From contig CAWDXG010000004.1 of the NCBI GenBank assembly GCA_963806225.1, positions 2,720,001 through 2,784,000 of the forward strand: DNA of 64,000 nucleotides, given 5' to 3'. The notes beneath the pieces were generated by a model. It saw only the letters and a program-made list of their open reading frames with translations. It was not told the DNA's origin and searched no databases. This document shows positions 55,723 through 64,000 of the stretch, in pieces. Positions within the stretch are counted from its first letter, which is position 1. Every line of letters begins with the position of its first letter. Made by a program: the position numbers and the translations under genes. Source of the DNA: an uncultured delta proteobacterium. Its GTDB lineage: Bacteria; Myxococcota_A; Polyangia; Polyangiales; Polyangiaceae.

Positions 55723-56511
55723 CTACCAGAACCGACCGGGCACGACCGGATGGCTGCTCGACAGGCCGCCGTCGACGACCAGCGCCTGGCCGTTCACGTA
55801 GCTCGCTTCGTCCGATAGCAGAAACGCCACCAGCGACGCGACCTCCTCGGGCTGTCCGGCGCGTCGCAACGGATTCAGCTGCCCGATGCGATCTTCCTTG
55901 CCGGCGGCGCGCGCCATCTCGAAGATCGGGCGTGTCATGCCGGTCTCGATCAGGCCGGGGCAGACCGCATTGACGCGCACGCCGCTTCCCGAAAGCTGAC
56001 AGGCGGCCGTCTGCACGAGATTGATGATGCCGGCCTTGCTGGCGCTGTAGTGGGCGGGCCCGGCTCCCGCCCTGAGCCCCGCCACCGACGCGGTGCACAC
56101 GATCGAGCCGCCGCCGTGGGCCGCCATGTGCGCCGATGCGTGCTTGATGGCGAGGAAGGCGCCGAGCAGATTGACGCGCAGCACCTCCATCCAGTCCTCG
56201 ACGTCGAGCATGGCGATGCCGGCGACGCTTCCGGTGATCCCGGCGTTGGCGTGGAAGGCCTCCAGCCCGCCGAGCTCCTGCACGCACTCGGCGACGAGGC
56301 GCTGCACGATCCGCTCGTCGCTCGTGTCGCCGGCCAGCGCGCGGAATGTCGCGCCCGTCGCCTTCCCCTGTTCGACCGTCCCGTCGAGCCCCTCGGCGTC
56401 GATGTCGCTGACGACGAGCTGTGCGCCCTCCCGAGCGAGCGCAAGTGCCGTGGCTCTACCGATGCCGCTGGCGGCACCGGTGACGATGGCCCGTTTCCCC
56501 TCGAGACGCAT
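55723..56511 (-). CDS. Short-chain dehydrogenase/reductase
   Basis: TGAASGIG, NAG, YSASK, VNAVCPG, VDGG. Confidence 0.92.
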   Translation of the reverse strand: MRLEGKRAIVTGAASGIGRATALALAREGAQLVVSDIDAEGLDGTVEQGKATGATFRALAGDTSDERIVQRLVAECVQELGGLEAFHANAGITGSVAGIAMLDVEDWMEVLRVNLLGAFLAIKHASAHMAAHGGGSIVCTASVAGLRAGAGPAHYSASKAGIINLVQTAACQLSGSGVRVNAVCPGLIETGMTRPIFEMARAAGKEDRIGQLNPLRRAGQPEEVASLVAFLLSDEASYVNGQALVVDGGLSSSHPVVPGRFW

Positions 56512-56517
56512 GTCGAC

Positions 56518-57405
56518 CTAGTTCGGCTTGCCGGGTGTGCGCGGCGCACCGACGACGAAATCCGCGCTGTTGTCGTCGGTGTCCTTGCCGTTGGGAGTGC
56601 GGGAGGCGGACTTGCCGCTCGGGATGTTGGCGCAGGCCGTACCCTCGATGTCCGGGTGCGTGCCGGATATGCTTTGCCACGCCATCGAATCGATCGGAGA
56701 AGCGCCGGCGGGATTGTACAGGGCCACGCCCGCGCCCCCCTTGGCCAGCCCGAAACCCGAGCCCCACACGTAGTCCGCGGTCCCCCCGAACCCCAACCCT
56801 GCCACGACGAAGTAGCCGCCGACGGGCAGCGAGTCACCCGACACGCCCGTCCAGTTGGTCTTGGTCGTCGAGCCCGACGAGGAAGTGTAGTCCAGCCGCC
56901 ACCCCGCCAGGTCCACCGCGCAGCTGCTCGCGTTGTACAGCTCCACGAACTCGTCGCTGCCCGAGGTGCCGTCGGTCGAGACCTCGTTGATCACGACGTG
57001 CCCCGTGCAGGTCCCCGCGTCGCTTCCAGCGGTGCCGCCTGTACCCGCCGTGCCCGCCGTGCCACCGGCTCCAGAGGTGCCACCCGTGCCGCCGCCGTCG
57101 ACGCCGCCGACTCCAGACGTGCCGCCACTGCCACCGGTTCCTCCGGCTCCCGAAGTGCCGCCGGTTCCAGCGACACCGCCCGAGCCGCCCGCATCGACTC
57201 CGCCAATTCCACCGCTTCCAGCCAACCCGCCGCTGCCGCCGGTCCCTCCAACGCCGGCCGAGCCCCCCGACGCCCCGCCGTCCTTGAGCTGGTTGAACTG
57301 GTCGATCGGCAGAAACTGGTGATCGGGGAACGAGCAGCCTGCGAAGGCCACGAAAGCCGCGGCGCCGACGACGCACGCGCGACGTGTAGCCCTAGAAATG
57401 TCCAC
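56518..57405 (-). CDS. Lipoprotein with Gly-rich linker and lamin-tail domain
   Basis: FAG-C lipobox; VVINEV...DEFVELYN...VDLAGWRL; DTDDNSADF...TPG; start uncertain. Confidence 0.8.
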   Translation of the reverse strand: MDISRATRRACVVGAAAFVAFAGCSFPDHQFLPIDQFNQLKDGGASGGSAGVGGTGGSGGLAGSGGIGGVDAGGSGGVAGTGGTSGAGGTGGSGGTSGVGGVDGGGTGGTSGAGGTAGTAGTGGTAGSDAGTCTGHVVINEVSTDGTSGSDEFVELYNASSCAVDLAGWRLDYTSSSGSTTKTNWTGVSGDSLPVGGYFVVAGLGFGGTADYVWGSGFGLAKGGAGVALYNPAGASPIDSMAWQSISGTHPDIEGTACANIPSGKSASRTPNGKDTDDNSADFVVGAPRTPGKPN

Positions 57406-58459
57406 CGATACTGACTCCCGTCGAATGCGGCGCCGCTGCGACGCGAACACTCACGCGATGGCTGGCGGAATCCCCAGCGCTCTTCGAGGAGGAGCTGCCC
57501 GTGAGAAGCCACACCGCCGCGACTCCGAGCCCCACAGCGCCGACGCCGAGCGCCACGCCCGTCAGGGTCGCATAGCGCTGCCCGGCGTCCTGCGTGCTCT
57601 GGAGCGTATTCGGGCACTTGTCCCCGATGCAGCCGTCGTCCAGCTTCTTCTTCGCGTTGTTGCGCAGGATGTAGAACACCCCCGAAGCCGCCAGGCTCGC
57701 GACGCCGACGCCGCCGATGATCCACGGCGCAGCCGAGCCTCCCGATGCGACGTGAGCTGCGTGATCGGGCTCGGGCGCGGGAGCTTCGCCACCCGATGCG
57801 TCGGGCGCGGGCTTGCTCGACGCCTTGGCGGCGGCCGCCGCCTTTCCTCTCAGGGCTTCCGGAACGTCGAGGACAACATCCAGGGTCTTGCCTTCCTCGG
57901 CGTTCACGGTCTTCTTGAACGTCTCCCCCGTCGGCAGCGCTCCCACCAGCTCGTGCGGACCAGGGTCCACGTTCACCGGATGGCCGATCTGCGACGGGCC
58001 TACGACCACGCCGTCAAGCTCGATCTTGATCGCATCGGCGCCCTTGCCGCGCTCGATCACCAGCTTGGGGATGCGCTTCTCGAGAGCCTTCTGGGCGGTC
58101 TGGATCTGGTCGAGGATCCCGCTCGCCGTGTCTCCGGCCTGCTGGGCCTCGTACTCGGCAAGCCGATAGCCGCCGAGCGCCTCGTTGAGACGGCCGAGAT
58201 GCTCTTTCGAGCGCGCGATGTGGAAGCGGACCTGGGGCGTCAGCTTGATGCGCGAGACCTGCTGGAACGTGGCCAGCGCTCCGGTCCAGTCGCCTGCCGC
58301 TTCCTGCGTCACGCCCTGGCTGTACAGCTGTCGCGCCTTGGCGAGCTCCGCCTTGCTCTGGGCGCGGGCCCCTGCCGACCAGCCGATCTGCGCCAGCGAC
58401 ACGCCCACTGCGAGGAGCAGGGCGCCCCGATTGCGGCGGAAGTGGACGCGACGAGTCAC
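57392..58459 (-). CDS. TPR plus PEGA-like domain protein (myxobacterial type)
   Basis: Signal peptide ARA; ARQLYSQG...F.IARS.E.LGR TPR; IELDG...VDPGPHEL; C-terminal hydrophobic segments ending GHF. Confidence 0.75.
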   Translation of the reverse strand: MTRRVHFRRNRGALLLAVGVSLAQIGWSAGARAQSKAELAKARQLYSQGVTQEAAGDWTGALATFQQVSRIKLTPQVRFHIARSKEHLGRLNEALGGYRLAEYEAQQAGDTASGILDQIQTAQKALEKRIPKLVIERGKGADAIKIELDGVVVGPSQIGHPVNVDPGPHELVGALPTGETFKKTVNAEEGKTLDVVLDVPEALRGKAAAAAKASSKPAPDASGGEAPAPEPDHAAHVASGGSAAPWIIGGVGVASLAASGVFYILRNNAKKKLDDGCIGDKCPNTLQSTQDAGQRYATLTGVALGVGAVGLGVAAVWLLTGSSSSKSAGDSASHRVSVRVAAAPHSTGVSIGGHF

Positions 58460-58810
58460 CGTTCGATCGACCCTAAATCAGCAAGCATGATTCTGCTACA
58501 TGCGTAGCATCCCCCGCGTCGCAAGTCGGTGACAAGGACGTGCTCCCTGACGCTGATGGGGACGTGACCGGCCACCGCAGTGGGCGGCTCCCGCTTGACG
58601 TGCCGGCAACGCGGAAGTAAGCGGCGCCATCTGGGTCCACCGGGGAAGGCGCCGGCCGCAAGGCCGACAACATCTGGGGATCGGGGAGATCGCCCGCCAG
58701 CGCGACGTACAAGGGGGGCACTGGGCGCAGACCCGGCGGGACCATGCAGGGCCAGACGCGGCCACCGGTCCTCGGCAGGGACGCCACAAACCGCATAGGA
58801 GTCTTCGGTA

Positions 58811-60079
58811 ATGACGCTTCGAAATACTTGGGTGGGAACTTTCATGCTGGCTGCGATGGCGGCCTTGGCCGGCTGCAGCAGCAGCAGCAACACGCCGAAC
58901 TACTATGGCACCGGCGGCACCGGGGGATACGGCACCGGCGGCACCGATGCAGGTGGCGGCACTGGTGGTAGCGGCGCGACCGGCGGAACCGGCGCGACCG
59001 GCGCGACCGGCGGCACCGGCGCGACCGGCGGCACCGGCGGCTCGACCGGCGGCACCGGCGGCTCGACCGGCGGAACTGCCGGCACCGGCGGCGCGACCGG
59101 CGGAACCGGCGGCTCGACCGGCGGAACCGGCGGCGCGACCGGCGGAACCGGCGGCGCGACCGGCGGAACCGGCGGCTCGACCGGCGGAACCGGCGGCTCG
59201 ACCGGCGGAACCGGCGGCTCGACCGGCGGAACCGGCGGCTCGACCGGCGGAACCGGCGGCTCGACCGGCGGAACCGGCGGCTCGACCGGCGGAACCGGCG
59301 GCACCGGCGGCTCGACCGGCGGCACCGGCGGCGCGACCGGCGGAACCGGCGGCACCGGTGGCAGCCCAACCTGCACGACGATCACGGTCGGCAACTTCGC
59401 CGGCGACAACGCCGCGCGCGTCGTGTCGTTGATCAACCCGAATCTCGGCGCCTCCGACCCGGACATTCTCGGCGTCGGCCTGTACAGCGCCGCGACCGGC
59501 ACCTTCGATCTAGGGGCCGAGACGGATCTGGCGACCTGCAACCACTGCGTGATCGCGTTCGAAGACGTCACCAACACCGGCACGGGGCGCTACTACTTCC
59601 AGGCCAGCGGCAGCATGACGGTGACGCAGGCCAACTCCTCGACGCCAGTGTTCTCGACCGGCACCCTGTCGAACGTGAAACTCATCGAGGTGACACTCGA
59701 CTCGACCGGTACCGTCGCGACGCCGGTCGCAAACGGCAAGTGCTTGATGCTGAACTCGGCAAGCTGGTCGGTGGCCAACTCCTGCACCGACGGCGGGCCA
59801 GAGTACAACACCAACCAGTCCACCGATTGCCAGACCTGTGGCACCGCAGAGCAGGGCACCGGCGGCTGCTGCGAGTCGGAGTCGACCACGTGCGCGAACA
59901 ACTCCGAGTGCGTCGCGCTCGACACGTGCCTCCGGGCGTGCGCTAGCGGCGATACGACCTGCCAGAACACCTGCGCGTCAAACCACTCCGCCGGCGTCTC
60001 CGATTACAACGCCTGGGGGGTGTGTCTGGTCGGTGACGGCTCCACGACCAACGGCGCCTGCGGCCTCGTCTGTCAGTAG
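58811..60079 (+). CDS. Lipoprotein with long (TGGTGGS/A)n linker and Cys-rich C-terminus
   Basis: LAG-C lipobox; AGGAG RBS; TCNHCV, CLRAC...CQNTC. Confidence 0.82.
   Translation: MTLRNTWVGTFMLAAMAALAGCSSSSNTPNYYGTGGTGGYGTGGTDAGGGTGGSGATGGTGATGATGGTGATGGTGGSTGGTGGSTGGTAGTGGATGGTGGSTGGTGGATGGTGGATGGTGGSTGGTGGSTGGTGGSTGGTGGSTGGTGGSTGGTGGSTGGTGGTGGSTGGTGGATGGTGGTGGSPTCTTITVGNFAGDNAARVVSLINPNLGASDPDILGVGLYSAATGTFDLGAETDLATCNHCVIAFEDVTNTGTGRYYFQASGSMTVTQANSSTPVFSTGTLSNVKLIEVTLDSTGTVATPVANGKCLMLNSASWSVANSCTDGGPEYNTNQSTDCQTCGTAEQGTGGCCESESTTCANNSECVALDTCLRACASGDTTCQNTCASNHSAGVSDYNAWGVCLVGDGSTTNGACGLVCQ
59096..59284 (+). repeat. 21-bp coding tandem repeat (9 units, last 6 identical)
   Basis: ACCGGCGGAACCGGCGGC(T/G)CG; degenerate copies extend over ~58975-59360. 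Confidence 0.9.
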
Positions 60080-60302
60080 GCGCAGGGCAAGCACCTAGCC
60101 TAGTCCCAAAGCAAGCGATCGCCGATCGTGCATTTCCGGCCGCTCCTTCGAGGGGAGCGCATGGCGGAGCGTGGGCGCCCCACAGCGGTCCGACGCTTGA
60201 TCGGCGATCGCTGTGGGGCTGTCGGAGGATCGTTTCGTAGCTCGCTGGGTTGGGGGGCGGTTCGAGGTCGCCCGGGCTGGGCAGCAGCGCGTCGCGCGCT
60301 CG

Positions 60303-61133
60303 CTACGACAATGCGCCCTCGAGGCGTTCGATGGCCGCGAGATACGCCGGCGTGCAGCGCCCGAACCCTTCCGCACGGAACACGCGCCGCACCACTTCAC
60401 GCTCTTCGGCCGACAGATTGAAGAGCGCCTGCCCGAGACGTCCAGCGGCCTCCCGGGGCACGCGGCTCGCGACCGCAACGCCGTCGACGGGTACCGAGCC
60501 TGCCTGCGCCAGCACCGTCACCTGTGCGCTGGCGGTCTCCTCCACGCCGAACCATCCTGCATCGACGATCTTCCGGGAACGCGGCTCCAGCACCGCAAAG
60601 GTCGCCCCGACATCGACTTCAGCGTTCAAGACGGCGCGCGCGACATTCGCGTGCGTCTGGAGAAAGCTCTCGCGGGAGAAACAACGGGCGGGCTCGATGC
60701 CGTGGTGCTCGAGCCACAGACGCGGCACCACGTAGCCGCCCCCGCTCGAGCGATCCACCCACCCGATACTGTGCCCCGGAAGGTCCGACAGCGTCTTTAC
60801 GGCCGAATCGGCGCGCGTGAAGAGCACGGAGTGGTACACGCCCGTCCCCTCGCGGCGCACGGTCGCGAGCAACGTCACGACGCCGCTCCTGCGCAGCTCG
60901 GCCGCCAGCAGCGGCGGTATCCACGCCACGTCCACGCCGCCCGTGGCCAACTGGGCCGACAGGGCGCCATAGGACCTCACGACCTGCGGATACAGAATCA
61001 AACCGAGGCGCTCCGACAGGCTGTTGCACAGCTCTTCCAGGGGAGCGCGCGCGCTGACCTCGCTCGAGACGATACCGAACGCGAAGGCACCCTTGCGTCG
61101 AGAGGAGGCTGGTCTCTCTTCGTCCACTACCAC
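60303..61133 (-). CDS. PhnD-like phosphate/phosphonate substrate-binding-fold protein, no signal peptide
   Basis: VDVAWIPP, YHSVLFTRADS, WVDRSSGGGYVVP, H..V..AVLN.EVDVGA. Confidence 0.8.
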   Translation of the reverse strand: MVVDEERPASSRRKGAFAFGIVSSEVSARAPLEELCNSLSERLGLILYPQVVRSYGALSAQLATGGVDVAWIPPLLAAELRRSGVVTLLATVRREGTGVYHSVLFTRADSAVKTLSDLPGHSIGWVDRSSGGGYVVPRLWLEHHGIEPARCFSRESFLQTHANVARAVLNAEVDVGATFAVLEPRSRKIVDAGWFGVEETASAQVTVLAQAGSVPVDGVAVASRVPREAAGRLGQALFNLSAEEREVVRRVFRAEGFGRCTPAYLAAIERLEGALS

Positions 61134-61192
61134 AATCTACACTCTACCCCGGACCGCAGCACTCCGCTGCTTCCGGTCCGGTCCCCGCGAAG

Positions 61193-62242
61193 TCAATCGG
61201 CGCGCTGGACGAGATAGAAGAAGTCGCGGGTCGACGGACGGCTCACGTACTCACCGGGACGGTGCTTGATTTCTGGTATCAGCGTGCCGCTCACTCTGGG
61301 CGGCCCCGCGTCGGCGGAAGCGCCGAACAGGATGAAGCGGGTGTAGGACCAGTTGATATCGAGCTCCGCAACATCCTCGGCACCCGCGGCCAGCATCGCG
61401 CGCGAAAGGCCGCGCGGCGTGACCCACTCGCCCAGCCCGTACAGGAGCACCCGCCCGCCGTCGCGCGTGCCCACTGCGGAGCGACGGATGTCCTGCTTGC
61501 CCTTGGCATTCATGCCCCAGCGGCGGCGCTTCCAGGCGTTGTCGAGGTCGGCGCTCGGCTGGCCCTGCCGGGCCAGGCAGGGCGGTGTCTGGCGCCAGGC
61601 AGCGAGCCCCGCGTGATCGAGCTCGCTGAAGCGTCCGATACGGACCCGTCTGTCGTAGAGCGCCACCGTGCAGCTGTGGTCCTTTTTCGGTGGAATGAAG
61701 ACCTGTGAGCCGACCGCCATGCCATAGCCGCCGTGCCGGGCCTTGAAACCTCCATTGAAGACGGCGAGGAGCCGGCTCTGCTCGGCAGCCGGCACCAGCC
61801 CGCTGCGTTGGTCGCGCGGCACGCTCTTCGACTCCGGTTCCTGCGTGCCCGCCACGAGCTTCACCCCCACCCGTTCGAGATCGATGGCCACGATCGCGAC
61901 GTAGACGAACTTCTTGAACGCATGCGGATGCACGACGGTCCGCACCATCCCATCGGCGCCGGGCGAGAGCGGCACCCAGATTCCGTCGCCGTCGGCGGCA
62001 GTGCGTTCCACCGGGGGTTTGAACGCGGGCGGCGGGAACGCCACACGCGACGGAGCGGCGTCCGTCGCGCCGTCGCTACCGGCGTCGTGGATCGGAGCGC
62101 TCGCGCTGGGCGGCGGAGCGGGACGCGGCGACGAGTGCACGGGGGGCGCTGGGGCGCGCCGCGCCGGGGCGGGCTGCGGCGACGCAGGCGCGCACCCGAC
62201 GCACAGCGCACCGAGCGCCGCGAGCGCCATCGAACTCTGCAC
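61193..62242 (-). CDS. Lipoprotein with phosphodiester-glycosidase (NAGPA)-like domain
   Basis: CVG-C lipobox; LLAVFNGGFK, RRSAVG, AELDIN. Confidence 0.6.
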   Translation of the reverse strand: MQSSMALAALGALCVGCAPASPQPAPARRAPAPPVHSSPRPAPPPSASAPIHDAGSDGATDAAPSRVAFPPPAFKPPVERTAADGDGIWVPLSPGADGMVRTVVHPHAFKKFVYVAIVAIDLERVGVKLVAGTQEPESKSVPRDQRSGLVPAAEQSRLLAVFNGGFKARHGGYGMAVGSQVFIPPKKDHSCTVALYDRRVRIGRFSELDHAGLAAWRQTPPCLARQGQPSADLDNAWKRRRWGMNAKGKQDIRRSAVGTRDGGRVLLYGLGEWVTPRGLSRAMLAAGAEDVAELDINWSYTRFILFGASADAGPPRVSGTLIPEIKHRPGEYVSRPSTRDFFYLVQRAD

Positions 62243-62245
62243 GGC

Positions 62246-62641
62246 TCAGCTCTTCCCGGGCTCGAAGTCCAGGCACACGGAGTTGATGCAGTAGCGCTGG
62301 CCCGTCGGACGCGGCCCGTCGTCGAACACGTGTCCGAGGTGCGCGTCGCAACGCGCACACAGCACCTCGGTGCGCCGCATCCCGTGGCTCGTGTCGGTCT
62401 CGTAGCGCACGTTGCCCTCGACCGGCGCGGTGAAGCTCGGCCAGCCGCAGCCGGAGTCGAACTTGGTCTCCGAGCTGAAGAGCTCGTTGCCACAGCACAC
62501 GCAGTGGTAGTTACCGGTCTCCTTGTGCTGGTAGAAGCGGCCGGAGAACGGCCGCTCCGTGCCCTTCTTCCGCGCTACCGCGTACGCTTCCTCACCCAGC
62601 TGCTCGCGCCACTCGGCGTCGGTCTTTTCCAGCTTGTCCAT
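62246..62641 (-). CDS. msrB: Peptide-methionine (R)-S-oxide reductase
   Basis: [37 protein letters not shown]. Confidence 0.96.
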   Translation of the reverse strand: MDKLEKTDAEWREQLGEEAYAVARKKGTERPFSGRFYQHKETGNYHCVCCGNELFSSETKFDSGCGWPSFTAPVEGNVRYETDTSHGMRRTEVLCARCDAHLGHVFDDGPRPTGQRYCINSVCLDFEPGKS

Positions 62642-62644
62642 CGA

Positions 62645-64000
62645 TCAGATCTTCAGCTTCAGGGGCAAGTCCATGGCGTCGTCGGCGTTCTTCTCGTCGT
62701 ACAGGAACGTATAGGCCGCGCGGCTCGCGAGCACCCGCTTGGTATAGCGCCGCGTCTCGCGGAACGGGATGAGCTCGACCCACACGTCGAAGTCCAGGCT
62801 GGGCCGGTCGTGCAGCCAGCGCCTCGGGCGTCCCGGCCCGGCGTTGTAGGCCGGGATGGCGAGTAGCGGGTTGTTCGAGAATCGGTTGCCCAGCTTGGCC
62901 AGCGCGTGCGACCCAAGCGTGATGTTCACAGCCGGGCGCTCGAGCGAACGGGCGTCGTAGGGCAGCCCCAGCGGGCGCGCGTAGAGCCTCGCCGTGGGTA
63001 CGATCAGCTGCATCAGCCCGTAGGCGTTGGCCGGGCTCTCTGCGCGTGGATCGAACGCCGACTCCTCGCGCATCACAGCGTAGATCAGTGTCTCGGGCAC
63101 GCCGGTCCGCTTCGCCTCGCGTTCGACCACCGCGTGGTAGGGCCGCGGGAACGCCAGCTTCCAGGCCTTCACCCAGTCGCCGGCGGGCCAGCGCCCGAGC
63201 CAATCCGTGAGGAGCCCGCGAGCCACGGCGTGCGAAAGCTTCGCCGAGCCGGCGCGGGAATACAGAAGCGCGAGCCCCCACAGGATCTCCGGCGCAGCGC
63301 CGGGCCGGGCGATGCCCAGCGCCTGGATCTCGCGCTGCGCCAGCTCGAGCTCGCCCTGGCGCAACAGTTCCATCGCGCGGCGGAAGCCGGGGGTATCGAA
63401 CTCCGGCCGGTACTCGAAGGAGAACGGCGACTGCTTCGAGCGCTGGATGCCTGCCTCGAGCGCCTGCTTCGCCCGGCTCGGGTCGAGCGCTACCAGATGC
63501 GAGTAGGCCTGGAGCATGTAGTACGAAAGTGGCAGCTCGCGGATGATCGCCGCGAGCTCCTTCTCGCCGCGTTGCTTCTCGCCCGTCGCTATCCACGCGC
63601 GCGCGCGGAAGTAGCGCTCGCGCCCCGCGAACTCCGTGCCCCGCCGGGAGTCCTGCTTCGTCGCGAGCGTGGCGGCGCGGTCCAGCACGGACGCCGCGCC
63701 GGACCAGTCCCCCTTCTCGATGCGGCGCATGGCGAGGCGGAACACGCCGTCGAGCACCATGTCGCCGTCGGGATAGTCGTCCGGCATGCTGCTGAGCAGC
63801 TGGGTGAAGCGCGCCTCGACGCCCAGCTCGTAGTAGCTGAAGGCCTCGTGCATGCGTGCGTCGTCGGCAAGGCGGTGATGCGGCAGCTCCTTCTGCAGCT
63901 GTTCGTAGCGCTTGACCGCCAGCATCTGCCGCCCATCGGACGCGGCGTAGCGGCCCGCGAGATACAGGAGCCGCGCGCGAATGTCGTCGCCCTTGCAGAA
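62645..64000 (-). CDS. Soluble lytic murein transglycosylase with TPR repeats (partial, starts beyond the window end)
   Basis: AVMREESAF, GLMQL, AYNAGPG, IPFRETRRYTKRV. Confidence 0.9.
   Translation of the reverse strand, partial: FCKGDDIRARLLYLAGRYAASDGRQMLAVKRYEQLQKELPHHRLADDARMHEAFSYYELGVEARFTQLLSSMPDDYPDGDMVLDGVFRLAMRRIEKGDWSGAASVLDRAATLATKQDSRRGTEFAGRERYFRARAWIATGEKQRGEKELAAIIRELPLSYYMLQAYSHLVALDPSRAKQALEAGIQRSKQSPFSFEYRPEFDTPGFRRAMELLRQGELELAQREIQALGIARPGAAPEILWGLALLYSRAGSAKLSHAVARGLLTDWLGRWPAGDWVKAWKLAFPRPYHAVVEREAKRTGVPETLIYAVMREESAFDPRAESPANAYGLMQLIVPTARLYARPLGLPYDARSLERPAVNITLGSHALAKLGNRFSNNPLLAIPAYNAGPGRPRRWLHDRPSLDFDVWVELIPFRETRRYTKRVLASRAAYTFLYDEKNADDAMDLPLKLKI

Overview
GC-rich bacterial chromosomal window that looks myxobacterial (Polyangiaceae/Sorangiineae-like, inferred from a MYXO-CTERM-type tail, Ser/Thr kinases, a PEGA/TPR protein and many Gly/Cys-rich lipoproteins). 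About 50 CDSs: housekeeping genes (nadD, gltX, speA, deoA/pdp, metG, cyoE, an aspartate aminotransferase, tatA, msrB, ccmB) mixed with surface-protein and signalling loci. Many single-base frameshifts in essential genes point to long-read consensus errors rather than pseudogenes. One mobile element is present: a 5'-truncated, internally deleted group II intron embedded in a GTAG-type REP/BIME-like repeat cluster. Best leads: (1) a TPR-sigma54 activator translationally coupled to a small lipoprotein carrying two protein-identical but synonymously diverged KPTPDPWR motifs, followed by a multi-TM sensor (possible peptide-signalling module); (2) an ECF sigma/anti-sigma cassette with the same 32-bp bipartite motif upstream of both the sigma gene and a downstream operon encoding two copies of an uncharacterised ~230-aa Cys-rich domain; (3) a vWA-MYXO-CTERM plus FGE/C-lectin-fold lipoprotein adhesin pair divergent from a WYL regulator. 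No rRNA, tRNA or CRISPR array was seen. All family calls are from motif recognition by eye; no searches were run.
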